DNA of 64,000 nucleotides from an uncultured Gammaproteobacteria bacterium (GTDB lineage Bacteria; Patescibacteriota; Patescibacteriia; Patescibacteriales; UBA12075). A program made the position numbers and the translations under genes. Numbering within the stretch: the first letter of the stretch is position 1; every line of letters starts with the position of its first letter. Below the pieces are notes generated by a model. That model was not told the DNA's origin. It saw only the letters and a list, made by a program, of their open reading frames with translations, and did no database searches. The DNA lies in the NCBI GenBank assembly GCA_964459725.1, contig CAYWNT010000003.1, forward strand, positions 47,592 through 111,591, given 5' to 3'. Below are positions 9,981-20,103 of this stretch, piece after piece.

Positions 9981-10298
9981 TTATTCAACATCGGATAGAA
10001 CAGCATTAACTTCTTCATCAGAAACAAAGGCCTTGGTAACCTGCGCACCTTGGATTTCATCGAAAATTTTTACTACGACATAAATCCCAGTTGTTTTATC
10101 ATCGCCTAAAGTATATTCAGTTATTACACATCTGCCATATGCATTCCAATTCTCATCACGTAGATCCATTGGGACTTTAATTTGATAAAGCCTGTGTCCG
10201 TTTTTGTTAAAACTATATTTTTTGCCAATCTTAAGCGGAGCAGGAATGTCTTTTTTGTCCATCCTAAGGCAAGCTTGTAATTCGAATGGGTTTCCCAT
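9981..10298 (-). CDS. DUF2584-like protein
   Basis: MGNPFEL...KNGHRLY.I.VP.DLRDENW resembles DUF2584 as recalled. Confidence 0.6.
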   Translation of the reverse strand: MGNPFELQACLRMDKKDIPAPLKIGKKYSFNKNGHRLYQIKVPMDLRDENWNAYGRCVITEYTLGDDKTTGIYVVVKIFDEIQGAQVTKAFVSDEEVNAVLSDVE

Positions 10299-10386
10299 AT
10301 TTTTTTGTTAGTAGAGATATTTAATAATATTTTTTTGGCGTAGTCAGATATCAAATGTTATCGGATGTAATAACAATTTTTCCTTA

Positions 10387-10866
10387 TTATTTTTTTGACA
10401 ATTTATTTCTTTTTCTTTTTTCGCGTCTAGCAATCCTAATTTGTTTAACGCATTCATTTTTCAATATTCCAGTTTCGATATGTAGTTTGATTTTGGATTT
10501 TTTAGCAATATCAAAAGGTGTGATAAACGGATCCATTGATTTTTCACAAGGCGCACCGAAGTAGTAATGTCTAATTTTGCGCTTCACGCTAGCCGACATA
10601 CACATTGAGCACGATTCAGCATTACTGAAAAGACGCAAACCATTCAGAAACATGGTGTTGAGTTTTTTTCCGGCCTTCCTGAGCAAATTTATTTCAGCGT
10701 GCGCCGTCGGATTATTGGAGGATCTTTGGGTGTTGTGTGCTTTGGCTATTATATTGCCTTGGCTATTGGTTAAAACAGCGCCAAATGGACTATTACCTTT
10801 TTTGACTGCTTTGTCGGCTTCTTTTTGAGCTAGACGTATTAAATTTTGTTTCGTTTTAATATCCAT
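10387..10866 (-). CDS. Zinc-dependent nucleoside/nucleobase deaminase (TadA/guanine deaminase-like)
   Basis: PFGAV, AHAE, ESCSMC motifs. Confidence 0.9.
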   Translation of the reverse strand: MDIKTKQNLIRLAQKEADKAVKKGNSPFGAVLTNSQGNIIAKAHNTQRSSNNPTAHAEINLLRKAGKKLNTMFLNGLRLFSNAESCSMCMSASVKRKIRHYYFGAPCEKSMDPFITPFDIAKKSKIKLHIETGILKNECVKQIRIARREKRKRNKLSKK

Positions 10867-10993
10867 AAAAAAAGAAATAAATTTTCAAAAGCTTAGATTT
10901 AAGAAATTTTTATTATTTCCAACAACTGGTTATTATACGAACTTTTTATTGGATAATAATGTAAATTTGTATGTTATGGGAAGTAAATCCAAG

Positions 10994-12289
10994 TTAAACA
11001 TTCTTCCATTCACTACCCTGCCGCACTAGAAGCTCCTTGGCTCGGGTTGGGTCTGCCATTATCTCCAGAACCACCTTCTCCATTCTCACGCCCTGTGATC
11101 CTTTAACTAAGATCAAATCTCCCTTTCCGATTCTCTCCTGGATGAACTTTCCAGCTGCAGCTGAATCAGAAAAATTATAGATATTATCTTTGTTCAGGCC
11201 AGCTTCCTCTGCACCATGCGCGATGGCGCGAGATCGGCTGCCTACTGTAACTAAATAACCAATTCCCGAACTTACTGCGTACTTCCCTATTTTTTTATGC
11301 TCCTCTTCGCTTATACTCCCCAACTCCAGCATATCGCCCAACACCGCGAACTTGGATGCCTTTTCACTTACAGGAACGTCCCTTAGAATGTCTAAAGCGA
11401 CTCTGGATGATTGAGGGGAAGAATTGTAAGTGTCATCAATTATCAATGTATTCTTAATTCCAGGAAGTAACTTCAATCTACCCTTTGGTAGTTCGAAATT
11501 CTCAGTAATAGACTTCGAAATATCATCCATACTCATATCAAACGCCATCCCTACTGCGGCTGCGATCAGGGATGAATAAATTGGCGGAGTGCCTAAAGCA
11601 CCTTTCAAAAAAATAGAAGTAATTTTATCACCAAACTTTATTTCAAAATTCGTTCCAATTTTCTCATTATTTCCTTCCGGCACAAAATTAAATCTAGCAT
11701 TCCGCGCCTGAAAATCAGCCTTTTCATCAAAGCCGAATGTAAAAGACTTTTCCTCTCTTTTTTTAATCAAATCTTCCAAATTTGGATCGTCAGCATTAAA
11801 GACAGCAATACCTCCTTCTTCCATCTCGTCTATGATAACCCCTTTCTCTTTTCTGACGTTCTCTACTGTTCCAAAATACTCAAGATGCGACTGGCCAATC
11901 GTAGTAATCACACCCACCCTGGCTTTAGCAATACTCATGAGATACTTCATGTCCCCTGGCCTATCAATCCCCATTTCCAAAACCAAAACTTCAGGATATT
12001 TCTTGTCTGTTACGATTATCAAGTATAGAGCTCTCAAGAAAACCCCAACCCAACCAAACAAATTCTTGCCAGGTGACTTCACTCCTATAATAGTAAGCGG
12101 GAGTCCAATTTCATTATTGTAGTTTTTTATATTCTTTCTGGCGTTGTATTTCGTTTTCAAAACCGAATATATAGCGTTCTTCGCACTGGTTTTACCCACA
12201 CTTCCTGTCACGCCTACAATTTCCGGCTCATACTTTGCCAAGATGAGTTTTGCTAATATTTTCAATTTTAATTGAATCAGTTTTCTCAT
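10994..12289 (-). CDS. murF: UDP-N-acetylmuramoyl-tripeptide--D-alanyl-D-alanine ligase
   Basis: GVTGSVGKTS, NNEIGLPLT, DDTYNSSP, LGDMLELG, VKGSQG; start placed at MRKL. Confidence 0.9.
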   Translation of the reverse strand: MRKLIQLKLKILAKLILAKYEPEIVGVTGSVGKTSAKNAIYSVLKTKYNARKNIKNYNNEIGLPLTIIGVKSPGKNLFGWVGVFLRALYLIIVTDKKYPEVLVLEMGIDRPGDMKYLMSIAKARVGVITTIGQSHLEYFGTVENVRKEKGVIIDEMEEGGIAVFNADDPNLEDLIKKREEKSFTFGFDEKADFQARNARFNFVPEGNNEKIGTNFEIKFGDKITSIFLKGALGTPPIYSSLIAAAVGMAFDMSMDDISKSITENFELPKGRLKLLPGIKNTLIIDDTYNSSPQSSRVALDILRDVPVSEKASKFAVLGDMLELGSISEEEHKKIGKYAVSSGIGYLVTVGSRSRAIAHGAEEAGLNKDNIYNFSDSAAAGKFIQERIGKGDLILVKGSQGVRMEKVVLEIMADPTRAKELLVRQGSEWKNV

Positions 12290-12316
12290 ATAAAAGATTG
12301 AAATGCCCCACATATC

Positions 12317-12480
12317 ATTCCCCTCCTCGGAGGGGAATGTTTATTTTTGCCTGAAGGGTTAAAAAAATAAACTCGGGGTGGGTTAACGAACGTTAATTAA
12401 TATACACTTTCTACTTATTGCAACACGCATTGACCCACCCCGCTCAGGCTCTGCCTGATCTACCCCTCCAAGGAGGGGAC
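12317..12480. repeat. REPIN-like cluster of inverted GC-rich palindromes
   Basis: CCCCTCCTCGGAGGGGA ... GGGGTGGGT ... ACCCACCCC ... CCCCTCCAAGGAGGGGA. Confidence 0.7.
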
Positions 12481-12492
12481 TTTATGGACTTT

Positions 12493-12513
12493 CCTGTCCG
12501 TCCGGCAGGCGGG
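12493..12513 (+). repeat. 21-bp CCTG..CCGG..CRGG mini-palindrome followed by CGAC
   Basis: CCTGTCCGTCCGGCAGGCGGG|CGAC; related copies at 48549 and 63593. Confidence 0.7.
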
Positions 12514-12531
12514 CGACTTTTGACTGTCTTT

Positions 12532-14478
12532 TTATCTTTCTTTCGGAATTTGGTAATAGTTTAACATATATTCTGCTAAATCCCCAAAAAGAGGAGCAGC
12601 AGATGAAGCTGAAAATCTAACATTCGCCGGATTGTCTAATTTCACAAGCATCACAAACTTTGGCTCATCAACTGGTGCAAAACCTACAAATGTATGGATC
12701 GTCTTGTCTCCATAACCACCCACATCAGCCACCTGCGCTGTTCCTGTCTTTCCGGCAACATAATATCCTTTTACACCTGCCATTATAGCGTGCCCACCGT
12801 CTACCACGTTTACCATCATACCAGAGAGAAGCATGGCTGCTCTTTCTGATACTACCCTTCTGATTTGACTCGGTACTGTTTTACTACTCTCTCCACTTGG
12901 AGAAACAATCTCGTCAACCAAGTATGGCTTCATAAGTATACCGCCGTTAGCTATCGCTGAGTAAGCCACAACCATCTGGAGTGGCGTCGCTGTAATACCT
13001 TGCCCAAATGAGGCTGTTGCCGCCTCTACTGGCCTGATCGTGTTTCTGGTCAGATTAACTATATTGGTTATACCTTCGGTTTCCAGCTCGATACCAGTCT
13101 TCTCTCCAAAACCAAATTTTTTCACGTAACCTGCAAACACTTCTGGTCCAACTTTGTTCATGGCGAAAATTGTACCGGTATTTAGTGACTCTTCCAGCAC
13201 TGTATTCATATCAACTAAACCATGACCTCCCTTAGTTTCATAATCAGAGTTTTTTATCGGCTTATTCCATCCCTCGACCATTACAAATCCCTTGTCATCG
13301 AAAGGTGTATCCGGCGTTATTTTTTCCTGATCAAGTCCTGATGCCATTGTTATCACCTTAAATATAGAACCAGGTTCATAGCCATCAAAAATAGCAGAGT
13401 TATTATACACATCGCCACTTTCTACCTCATTATAAGTATTTGGGTCATATTTCGGATTTGAGCACATGGCCAGTATCCCTCCGGTTTGGGGATTCATGGC
13501 TATTACAGTACCGCCATCAGCACCATACTTCTCCACTGCTTCTTCCAGTTTTTTACAAGCTGCATACTGAATCGAACGATTTATAGTTAGAATTAAATTA
13601 CTGCCATCCTTTGAGCTATTTAACTCTCTGTCTTTTACAATAATAAGTCCTCCATCTGCTGATCTTTCTGCTTTTATTGAGCCAAATTTTCCAGTCAGCT
13701 CATCATTAAAAAATCCTTCGAGTCCATATCTACCCTTTTGACCGTCAGCATCAAAACCAACAAAACCAGTGATATGGCCCACTATGTCACCCTCTGGATA
13801 ATATCTATGCTTCTCCATGATGTAATCAATCCCAGGAACATTCATCGCCAGGACCTGAGCTAGCTTGTCCTTATCAACCTTTCTTTTTAGAGGCTCATAA
13901 GGATCATTTTTCTTTTCTAATTTTTTTAAATACTCACCGATTATTTTTTCTCTCCTCCACTCAATTTCCAATTCTGTTTTTATCTTTTTAAATTCCTCTC
14001 TTTCGTTTCTCTCTGCTGCCTCCATAAGTTTCAGCTCTCCCTGAGCTGAAACAAAATTTGTGGAAGTAGAGATATTAAAAAAATCGTCTTCTTCCAGGAG
14101 CTCCTCCACCTCTTTTTCAACTAACTCTCTGTCAAAAATTTCATAGAGCTGATCTGCTACCTCACTAGCATTCTTTATTTTTTTCGGAACAGCATAGACC
14201 AGGGCAAACTCCTTGTTTATTGCAATTGGGTAGTGATCGATTTTTTTGTCCTCGCTAATATCCTGCATGAATATCCTGCCTCTTTCAGGCTCGATCTGGT
14301 TAAACACCTGATGCTGATCCAGTGCTAAAGCAGTGTAGAGATCGTGTTTTCTGATCTGTAAATCAAACAATTTATAAACCATTAACATGCACAATAAAAA
14401 AACAATCGCCACTAAAAAATGCAGACGATTATTATGATTCTTTTCACTTTTCCTATTTTCGTATCTTTTTTTGAGCAT
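12532..14478 (-). CDS. ftsI: Class B penicillin-binding protein (FtsI/PBP3-like)
   Basis: N-terminal TM, PBP dimer domain, EPGSIFK (SxxK), SLN (SxN), GKTGT; position in the dcw operon. Confidence 0.9.
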   Translation of the reverse strand: MLKKRYENRKSEKNHNNRLHFLVAIVFLLCMLMVYKLFDLQIRKHDLYTALALDQHQVFNQIEPERGRIFMQDISEDKKIDHYPIAINKEFALVYAVPKKIKNASEVADQLYEIFDRELVEKEVEELLEEDDFFNISTSTNFVSAQGELKLMEAAERNEREEFKKIKTELEIEWRREKIIGEYLKKLEKKNDPYEPLKRKVDKDKLAQVLAMNVPGIDYIMEKHRYYPEGDIVGHITGFVGFDADGQKGRYGLEGFFNDELTGKFGSIKAERSADGGLIIVKDRELNSSKDGSNLILTINRSIQYAACKKLEEAVEKYGADGGTVIAMNPQTGGILAMCSNPKYDPNTYNEVESGDVYNNSAIFDGYEPGSIFKVITMASGLDQEKITPDTPFDDKGFVMVEGWNKPIKNSDYETKGGHGLVDMNTVLEESLNTGTIFAMNKVGPEVFAGYVKKFGFGEKTGIELETEGITNIVNLTRNTIRPVEAATASFGQGITATPLQMVVAYSAIANGGILMKPYLVDEIVSPSGESSKTVPSQIRRVVSERAAMLLSGMMVNVVDGGHAIMAGVKGYYVAGKTGTAQVADVGGYGDKTIHTFVGFAPVDEPKFVMLVKLDNPANVRFSASSAAPLFGDLAEYMLNYYQIPKER

Positions 14479-14535
14479 GGACTCATTAAAGATTAAATAA
14501 TTCAAAGATTTATCTGATCATTAAGTATTTTAATC

Positions 14536-14910
14536 TTATTTAATTGCGACAGCGTCTTTTGAAGCTTTGATGTATTCTACCTCATCTACTTTTACTAATT
14601 CCAGGCTTTCAGCTCTCAGAGATATGTTTTCGTATGATTTTAGGTTCATGGCCATGAGCTCCAGACTTTCATTCTTTTTTGTAATTTCCACTGATTTTTC
14701 TTTTAGTCTCTGCAAAACAAATCCTTTTATGGAAATATCATTCACACTTTCTATATAACACAAACCACTTATTAATACAATAACAACCAGCAACTTATTT
14801 GCTGCTTTTATATAAGTGCCAACGTCTCTTGTTTTTTTCTGATTGTTTTCATTTTTCTTTCCAAAGACGTCCTTAGTATTAAAATAATTTTCTTTTTGTT
14901 TTTGTGTCAT
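14536..14910 (-). CDS. ftsL: FtsL-like cell-division protein
   Basis: One TM plus coiled coil ending RAESLEL, between rsmH and ftsI. Confidence 0.65.
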   Translation of the reverse strand: MTQKQKENYFNTKDVFGKKNENNQKKTRDVGTYIKAANKLLVVIVLISGLCYIESVNDISIKGFVLQRLKEKSVEITKKNESLELMAMNLKSYENISLRAESLELVKVDEVEYIKASKDAVAIK

Positions 14911-14997
14911 TTATAAGTGCTGCATCCATGACTCAGTAAATCATGAATTTTTTGTTTTTATTTTTGTGTTAATGCTAAAATTTAGATTGTTTCGCTC

Positions 14998-15954
14998 TTA
15001 TATCCTCTCGACAACCCTCATCTTTGCACTTCTTGAGCGCGGATTTTTTGCAACCTCCCCCTCGCTAGGCAGCAAAACTTTTTTGTTTATTATTTTTATT
15101 TTTGCATGGTGTTCGCAATTGCAAAACAATTCTTTTACATCACAAACACAATCCACGCTCTCTCTTTTGAATGATTTTTTTACTATCCTGTCTTCCAGGC
15201 TATGATAAGAAATAACCACACATCTACCGCCCTTTTTTAATAAATCAATGGCCTGTGGCAGCGCCTCTTCGAGGCCTCCTAGTTCATCATTGGTTGCTAT
15301 ACGAAGTGCCTGAAATGTCCGAGTTGCAAAGTGAATCTTGGTATGCTTTGCCCTCTCAGGTATTGAATCTTCTATGATACTAATAAGCTCTCCCGTGGTT
15401 TTAATCCTTTTGTTTTTTCTTGCCACTACAATTCCTCTCGCAATTGATGACGCATATCTCTCCTCTCCGTATTCCTTGATAATTTTTTTTAAGTTTTCAA
15501 AATTCCATCTATTTACTATTTTCTCTGTATTCAAATTTTTAAAATCTTCACGCTCCTCTCCAAATCTCATGTCTAGCGGACTATCCACTTTGAAAGAAAT
15601 TCCTCGGCTATCATCATCGAGCTGAGCGCTAGATAAGCCAAGGTCAAATACGATCCCGTCAAATTTTTTACCTTTGAATAGTTTATTGTCATCTACTATT
15701 TGTTTTAAATTTCTATAATTATTATTTACTAATTCAATATTTGAAATATTTTCTTCTTTTTTCCTTTCCTCCACTTTTTCAATCGCCAATTTATCCATAT
15801 CAATCCCAAGCACTCTTCCCTGCTTTGCCCCTCGGGCAATCTGGAGAGCATATCCACCGCCGCCAAGCGTACAATCAATATAATATCCATCTTTTTTTAA
15901 CAAGAGATATTCCAGGGCCTCATCTAGCATTACCGGTATGTGTTTGTATTCCAT
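14998..15954 (-). CDS. rsmH: 16S rRNA m4C1402 methyltransferase
   Basis: HIPVML, DCTLGGGG, DLGLSSAQLD, PLDMR, SYHSLEDR, NPRSRSAK. Confidence 0.98.
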   Translation of the reverse strand: MEYKHIPVMLDEALEYLLLKKDGYYIDCTLGGGGYALQIARGAKQGRVLGIDMDKLAIEKVEERKKEENISNIELVNNNYRNLKQIVDDNKLFKGKKFDGIVFDLGLSSAQLDDDSRGISFKVDSPLDMRFGEEREDFKNLNTEKIVNRWNFENLKKIIKEYGEERYASSIARGIVVARKNKRIKTTGELISIIEDSIPERAKHTKIHFATRTFQALRIATNDELGGLEEALPQAIDLLKKGGRCVVISYHSLEDRIVKKSFKRESVDCVCDVKELFCNCEHHAKIKIINKKVLLPSEGEVAKNPRSRSAKMRVVERI

Positions 15955-15966
15955 TTAAAAAAATTT

Positions 15967-15994
15967 AAGACTGTTGTTCAAAAACAACAGTCTT
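15967..15994. terminator. Hairpin between the small ORF and rsmH
   Basis: AAGACTGTTGTT-caaa-AACAACAGTCTT. Confidence 0.55.
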
Positions 15995-15995
15995 T

Positions 15996-16133
15996 TTATA
16001 AAACTAGGGCACGCGCACGCTCATATACTACTCTGTGTAATTCACGAGTATCAACTAGCGGTGCTTTAATAACACGCACTCTTAAAGATTTAGAATTAGC
16101 GGCATGGGGACGACACTTAATCCTCTTTGTCAT
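15996..16133 (-). CDS. Putative 45-aa basic small protein between mraZ and rsmH
   Basis: MTKRIKCRPHAANSKSLRVRVIKAPLVDTRELHRVVYERARALVL*, with A-rich upstream context like the core genes; not in the ORF track. Confidence 0.45.
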   Translation of the reverse strand: MTKRIKCRPHAANSKSLRVRVIKAPLVDTRELHRVVYERARALVL

Positions 16134-16175
16134 AATTTGTTTTTGTTTTTATTTTTTAATTTTTTGTTGTGATTT

Positions 16176-16607
16176 CTATACTCCCAGATCAGCTAGTGTT
16201 TCTGCAATTTCGGTGCTTTCGTTTTCAGCACTTTCTTTGTACTTGGTCCAATCTTCTTCGTTCCAGATTTCCAAACGATCATAAAGCCCAGCCACCACCA
16301 CCTTTTTGCTCAATTTTGCAAAACTTCTTAAATATTCCGGCAATGTGACTCTTCCCTGATTATCAAACTCAACATCCATAGCTCCGGCAAGCATCAAGCG
16401 AGAAAACGCTCTGGCCTTGGCCTGGCTAATAGGTAAATTTGCAAATTTCTCAGCAATACGACTCCACTCCTTTCTTGAATACAAAAAAAGACAGCTGTCT
16501 AAACCTCTAGTTACAACTGCGCCATCTTCGAGTAATTGACGGAACTTTGCTGGAATCGCCAACCTCCCTTTATTATCTATATTGTGGTTATATTCTCCAA
16601 TAAACAT
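16176..16607 (-). CDS. mraZ: Division/cell-wall cluster transcriptional repressor MraZ
   Basis: MFIGEYNHNIDNKGRLAIP, DNQGRV, LEIW. Confidence 0.98.
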   Translation of the reverse strand: MFIGEYNHNIDNKGRLAIPAKFRQLLEDGAVVTRGLDSCLFLYSRKEWSRIAEKFANLPISQAKARAFSRLMLAGAMDVEFDNQGRVTLPEYLRSFAKLSKKVVVAGLYDRLEIWNEEDWTKYKESAENESTEIAETLADLGV

Positions 16608-17150
16608 TTTAGAGGCTTTTTTTTAAATTCGATTAATACTAAGGCGTGGGAGAAGTCAGAAAAAAGTGTTCTTTTCTGACCCCTTCTTCGTCTTAATTTT
16701 TTTCCTTGATAGGCTCAAGGAGGGCCTAATTTTGTTTTTCTGTCAGCGTTTAAATGTCTAGGCTGACAATGCAATTTTTGTTTTTGTGTTTATTTTTGTT
16801 TTAAGAGACTGTAGTTAAATCTATTATTTAACAACTGTCCCTGAAAACAAACCTGAGATAATCGTCCTAAGACCCAGGAGGAGTCTACTCTTGCCGTTAA
16901 CCGATCAAGTTTAGACCCCTTCTTCGCCTTAATTTGTCTCTCAATTAAGAGAGTTTTTGTTTTTGGTTCGGAATTATAGCACCCGAACTAGCTATCCCTT
17001 TGTTGTAATTTCTAGGGATTTTCTGAACTTAATCAGATTTTTTTTATATTTATTTTTGTTTTAATTACGCTAATGATTTCCACCCTGACGCTACTTTCCT
17101 TTCATCATCATTTTTTGAATTTGCCTCAATTCCCCACTTTTCACCAATCT
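16608..17150 (-). ncRNA. Long structured 5' leader of the dcw operon with two related hairpin modules
   Basis: ~540 nt between promoter and mraZ ATG with no long sense ORF; AATTAAG(G/A)CGAAGAAGGGGTC...GACT(C/T)CTCC..(T/C)CTTAG at 16867-16934 and 16639-16698. Confidence 0.5.
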
Positions 17151-17185
17151 ACTCTAATTATACACCACTTTTTGCCTAATGTCAA
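17121..17185 (-). promoter_or_regulatory. dcw (Pmra) promoter with MraZ-box-like repeats
   Basis: TTGACA (17185-17180)-17-TATAAT (17162-17157); GTGGTG/TTGGTG/GTGGGG units at ~10-nt spacing. Confidence 0.8.
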
Positions 17186-17358
17186 CTATCATAAAACGCT
17201 TATAAGTTATACTAACATTAGCCATTTTTTAAAAATAAAAAAAACCACTTATTAACAAGTGGTGAATTTTTTTCTTACTTTAACTAAAAATTACGATTTT
17301 TCCACAAAAACAGGCAAACAAACTATCACTGTCCGCCGTTACTGGCGGATGTTATGTG

Positions 17359-17724
17359 TTATGTAATATTCGGCTCCCTATTATATTCTGGCTCAACAAC
17401 GTCAAATTTACCTGACTCCCCTTTTGATTTACACTCTTTGCCCGACATAGGCTCAACCGGAATTCCCAAGGCATATCCCAGGGTATTGGCTGTCAAAATG
17501 CCAATTCTCAATGCTGTAAAACCCTCTCCCCCAGCCTCAACCTGAATTTTCTCAATCTGATCCAAGTTTATATTATTTTTTCTGAGCATATTATCAATCT
17601 CTGGAAGCAATTTCTCTGCCTGATTTCTATCAGTCTCAAAAACAAGAGCATCTATCACATCTCCTTTGTTTAAAACTCCAATCTTGAATAAATTATTTTT
17701 TGATGTGTCAATTTGTAATATCAT
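17359..17724 (-). CDS. tsaB: tRNA t6A biosynthesis protein TsaB (short form)
   Basis: ILQIDTS, AEKLLP.ID, GEGFTALRIG...ANTL, PEYNREPNI. Confidence 0.85.
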   Translation of the reverse strand: MILQIDTSKNNLFKIGVLNKGDVIDALVFETDRNQAEKLLPEIDNMLRKNNINLDQIEKIQVEAGGEGFTALRIGILTANTLGYALGIPVEPMSGKECKSKGESGKFDVVEPEYNREPNIT

Positions 17725-17892
17725 AAAAACTTATATCCGAAATTTAATCTAGAAAAATTTGAAAAATTAAGATTTGGTATTTAAAATTTGTTTAGTATTT
17801 AGAACTTAGTGCTTAAAACTTGAAAAATAAAACACCCGATGTCTACAATATATCATTAACATCGGGTGCTTGGCAATCTGCCTAGTAAAATA

Positions 17893-19194
17893 TTAGTGAA
17901 TCACAAAAGAAACCTGATAAGACAGCTGAGAATCAACTCCCATTACTTTCAAAACATAAGTTCCTGGATTAACTTTCGGAATAAAGAATTCCAGACCACC
18001 CTGTCCGATATTATCTGCTCCAATAGAATAAGTTCTTCCTGCCATACTAACTTCAACCTGTTCATTTGGCCAGAAGCCATAGAAATCAACATCTACAGTA
18101 TCATTTCCACTTGAGAAAGTATATGTCTTGGACACATCCATTCTTAGTTCACCATAAGCTTTTGCACTGTATTTTGGTCTATATTTATACTGTTGCAAGA
18201 ATTTCAAATTCTCATCCATCTCCAAAATTGATGTTTTATTTAGTACGAATACTCTATTTCCTTGAGTTACCTCTCCGGCAACCACTCCCTTTGCCCATGA
18301 TCCTTCACCGAATTTTTTACCATTTGCTGTTTTATAGAATCCAAGTTTTTCAAAATTATTACTCATCTTTGTAACTCCGTATCCGTTTACATAGAAAATA
18401 TCACCATTTGCTAGAGTGCTCACTGCATTACTATGAACTGTTCCTTCTTTTGCTGGATTTGTATAGACGTCAAAGATGTTAAATCCAGTTCCAACCTTGG
18501 TTAGATTATTATCACCAAGGAAATAAACATTACCTTTTTCATCTATTCCTGGATTTCTTCTGTTTCCTTTGAAATTTTCTAGCGGATATTCACCTAGAAC
18601 ATTTCCTGTTTCAATGTCATAGATAACACCTTTATCGCTTGTAATTGCTGCGAGAAGATCTCCTTTTACAGCCAGCCCAAAACAATCGTCTCTGTTGTAA
18701 GTTTTGTCAACGAAATAATTACTCTTCTCAAATCTTCTAAGACCTTTTGATCCGGCGATAAATAGATATTTATCATTTCCGGTCATTGCTCTGGCATACC
18801 CAATCGCTCTATGACCTTTTCTATATTGATATAGATCTCTTCTGAGCACTATAGAAGGAAAGAAAGGATTGTTGATATCATACTTCACCAAGTACTGCCC
18901 GGTGGCAACTACTAGGAATACCCCGTCCTTTTCATAAGTAACAAATAAGTCATTCACTCTTTCTGAGCCTCCGAATTCACTTACTTGTGTTATTCTGTCA
19001 TTTTCAATAATTTCCAGAATCTCAATAGAGCTAGCACTGCCGGCTACTAGGTAATTTTTACCCTCGATAGTCGCCAGAACACCCTTGCCATATTCTTTCG
19101 CTTCTTGAGCGCTTCCCCCTTGATAAGCAAACACTCCTCCGAGTGATATAACTGCGACCAATAAAATTAGTAAAATTTTTCTTAATTTGATCAT
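17893..19194 (-). CDS. Secreted beta-propeller-like hypothetical protein
   Basis: Signal/TM N-terminus, beta-rich repeats, Ig-like C-terminus. Confidence 0.6.
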   Translation of the reverse strand: MIKLRKILLILLVAVISLGGVFAYQGGSAQEAKEYGKGVLATIEGKNYLVAGSASSIEILEIIENDRITQVSEFGGSERVNDLFVTYEKDGVFLVVATGQYLVKYDINNPFFPSIVLRRDLYQYRKGHRAIGYARAMTGNDKYLFIAGSKGLRRFEKSNYFVDKTYNRDDCFGLAVKGDLLAAITSDKGVIYDIETGNVLGEYPLENFKGNRRNPGIDEKGNVYFLGDNNLTKVGTGFNIFDVYTNPAKEGTVHSNAVSTLANGDIFYVNGYGVTKMSNNFEKLGFYKTANGKKFGEGSWAKGVVAGEVTQGNRVFVLNKTSILEMDENLKFLQQYKYRPKYSAKAYGELRMDVSKTYTFSSGNDTVDVDFYGFWPNEQVEVSMAGRTYSIGADNIGQGGLEFFIPKVNPGTYVLKVMGVDSQLSYQVSFVIH

Positions 19195-19608
19195 ATATTT
19201 TCTTTAATTAGTTCTTTAAATATATTTTAATAGTATTTATAAATTCTTAATGAATTATTCATTGAGTGATGTTATCATAAAAAATATTAAAAGTCAATAC
19301 CCATTTACCAAATTTCATAATTATCATAAAACATTTATATTAAACTAATATTAAACAAAAATAATTAATTTATTAAGGATAAATAAACAAGTAGAATTTT
19401 GACAAAAACTACTTGACAAAAAAATTTTTTGTGCTAATATGTAATATCAGTCAAAATACTGATAAATGAGGGATAAGTGATGAAGGTCTTTGAAAATTTT
19501 AAAAATATGTACTAGTAAAGTACTTGATGATATATGAGGAGGGAAAATGAAGAATGATGACTACCAGCAATCAAACCCAAATCCAATTTAGACAAGAAGG
19601 AGGATAAG

Positions 19609-20043
19609 ATGAGAATTTTGCTTTTTGCAGTTTTGGCATTGTTTCTAGCCGCTATAAGCGGTTGTTCCACTGCCACCTCTGGTAATCAGGCCGGTCAATC
19701 GATCAGCTCGTCTCCAGGAATTGCTTCAGGCAAATACTCTCCTGTCTATAAATTGGACGGGTATGAGTATAGAATGAAGCTGAAGTTGAGGTTCCAGTCA
19801 AAACGGGATCCGACGAAGGAAAATGGTGACATCGCGATCAAGATATACAACCGCGGGAAAGACAAAAGCGGCGCGTATATCCTTGAACGGCAAGTTGTTC
19901 TGTATAACGGAGCAACGAAAAATGATGTTACTGGCAGTATGCTGACCGCGGCTGAAAATCTTTGGCCGAATAACGGTAGGCAGCTGTTAAAGACCAATCC
20001 TCGCTGGCACTATGCCAAAAAGGATGGAGAGATACGATTTTAA
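19609..20043 (+). CDS. Hypothetical lipoprotein
   Basis: Lipobox ISGC, SD AAGGAGG; domain shared with the next gene. Confidence 0.75.
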   Translation: MRILLFAVLALFLAAISGCSTATSGNQAGQSISSSPGIASGKYSPVYKLDGYEYRMKLKLRFQSKRDPTKENGDIAIKIYNRGKDKSGAYILERQVVLYNGATKNDVTGSMLTAAENLWPNNGRQLLKTNPRWHYAKKDGEIRF

Positions 20044-20103
20044 ATGACAAAGTGGACCACAATCTTATACTACAAAACACCCCCCCCACATAAGGAGAAA
20101 GCT

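Noticed and set aside
17075-17110. RNase P or SRP RNA suggested by AGGAAAGT and GTCAGG in the mraZ leader
   Set aside because: No GAGGAAAGTCC/P4 partner, and the SRP motifs are in the wrong order
17750-17825. Degenerate 7-nt periodic repeats (ATTTAGT/ACTTAGT)
   Set aside because: Short, AT-rich and with no associated gene; too weak to call, though it may be a decayed repeat flank
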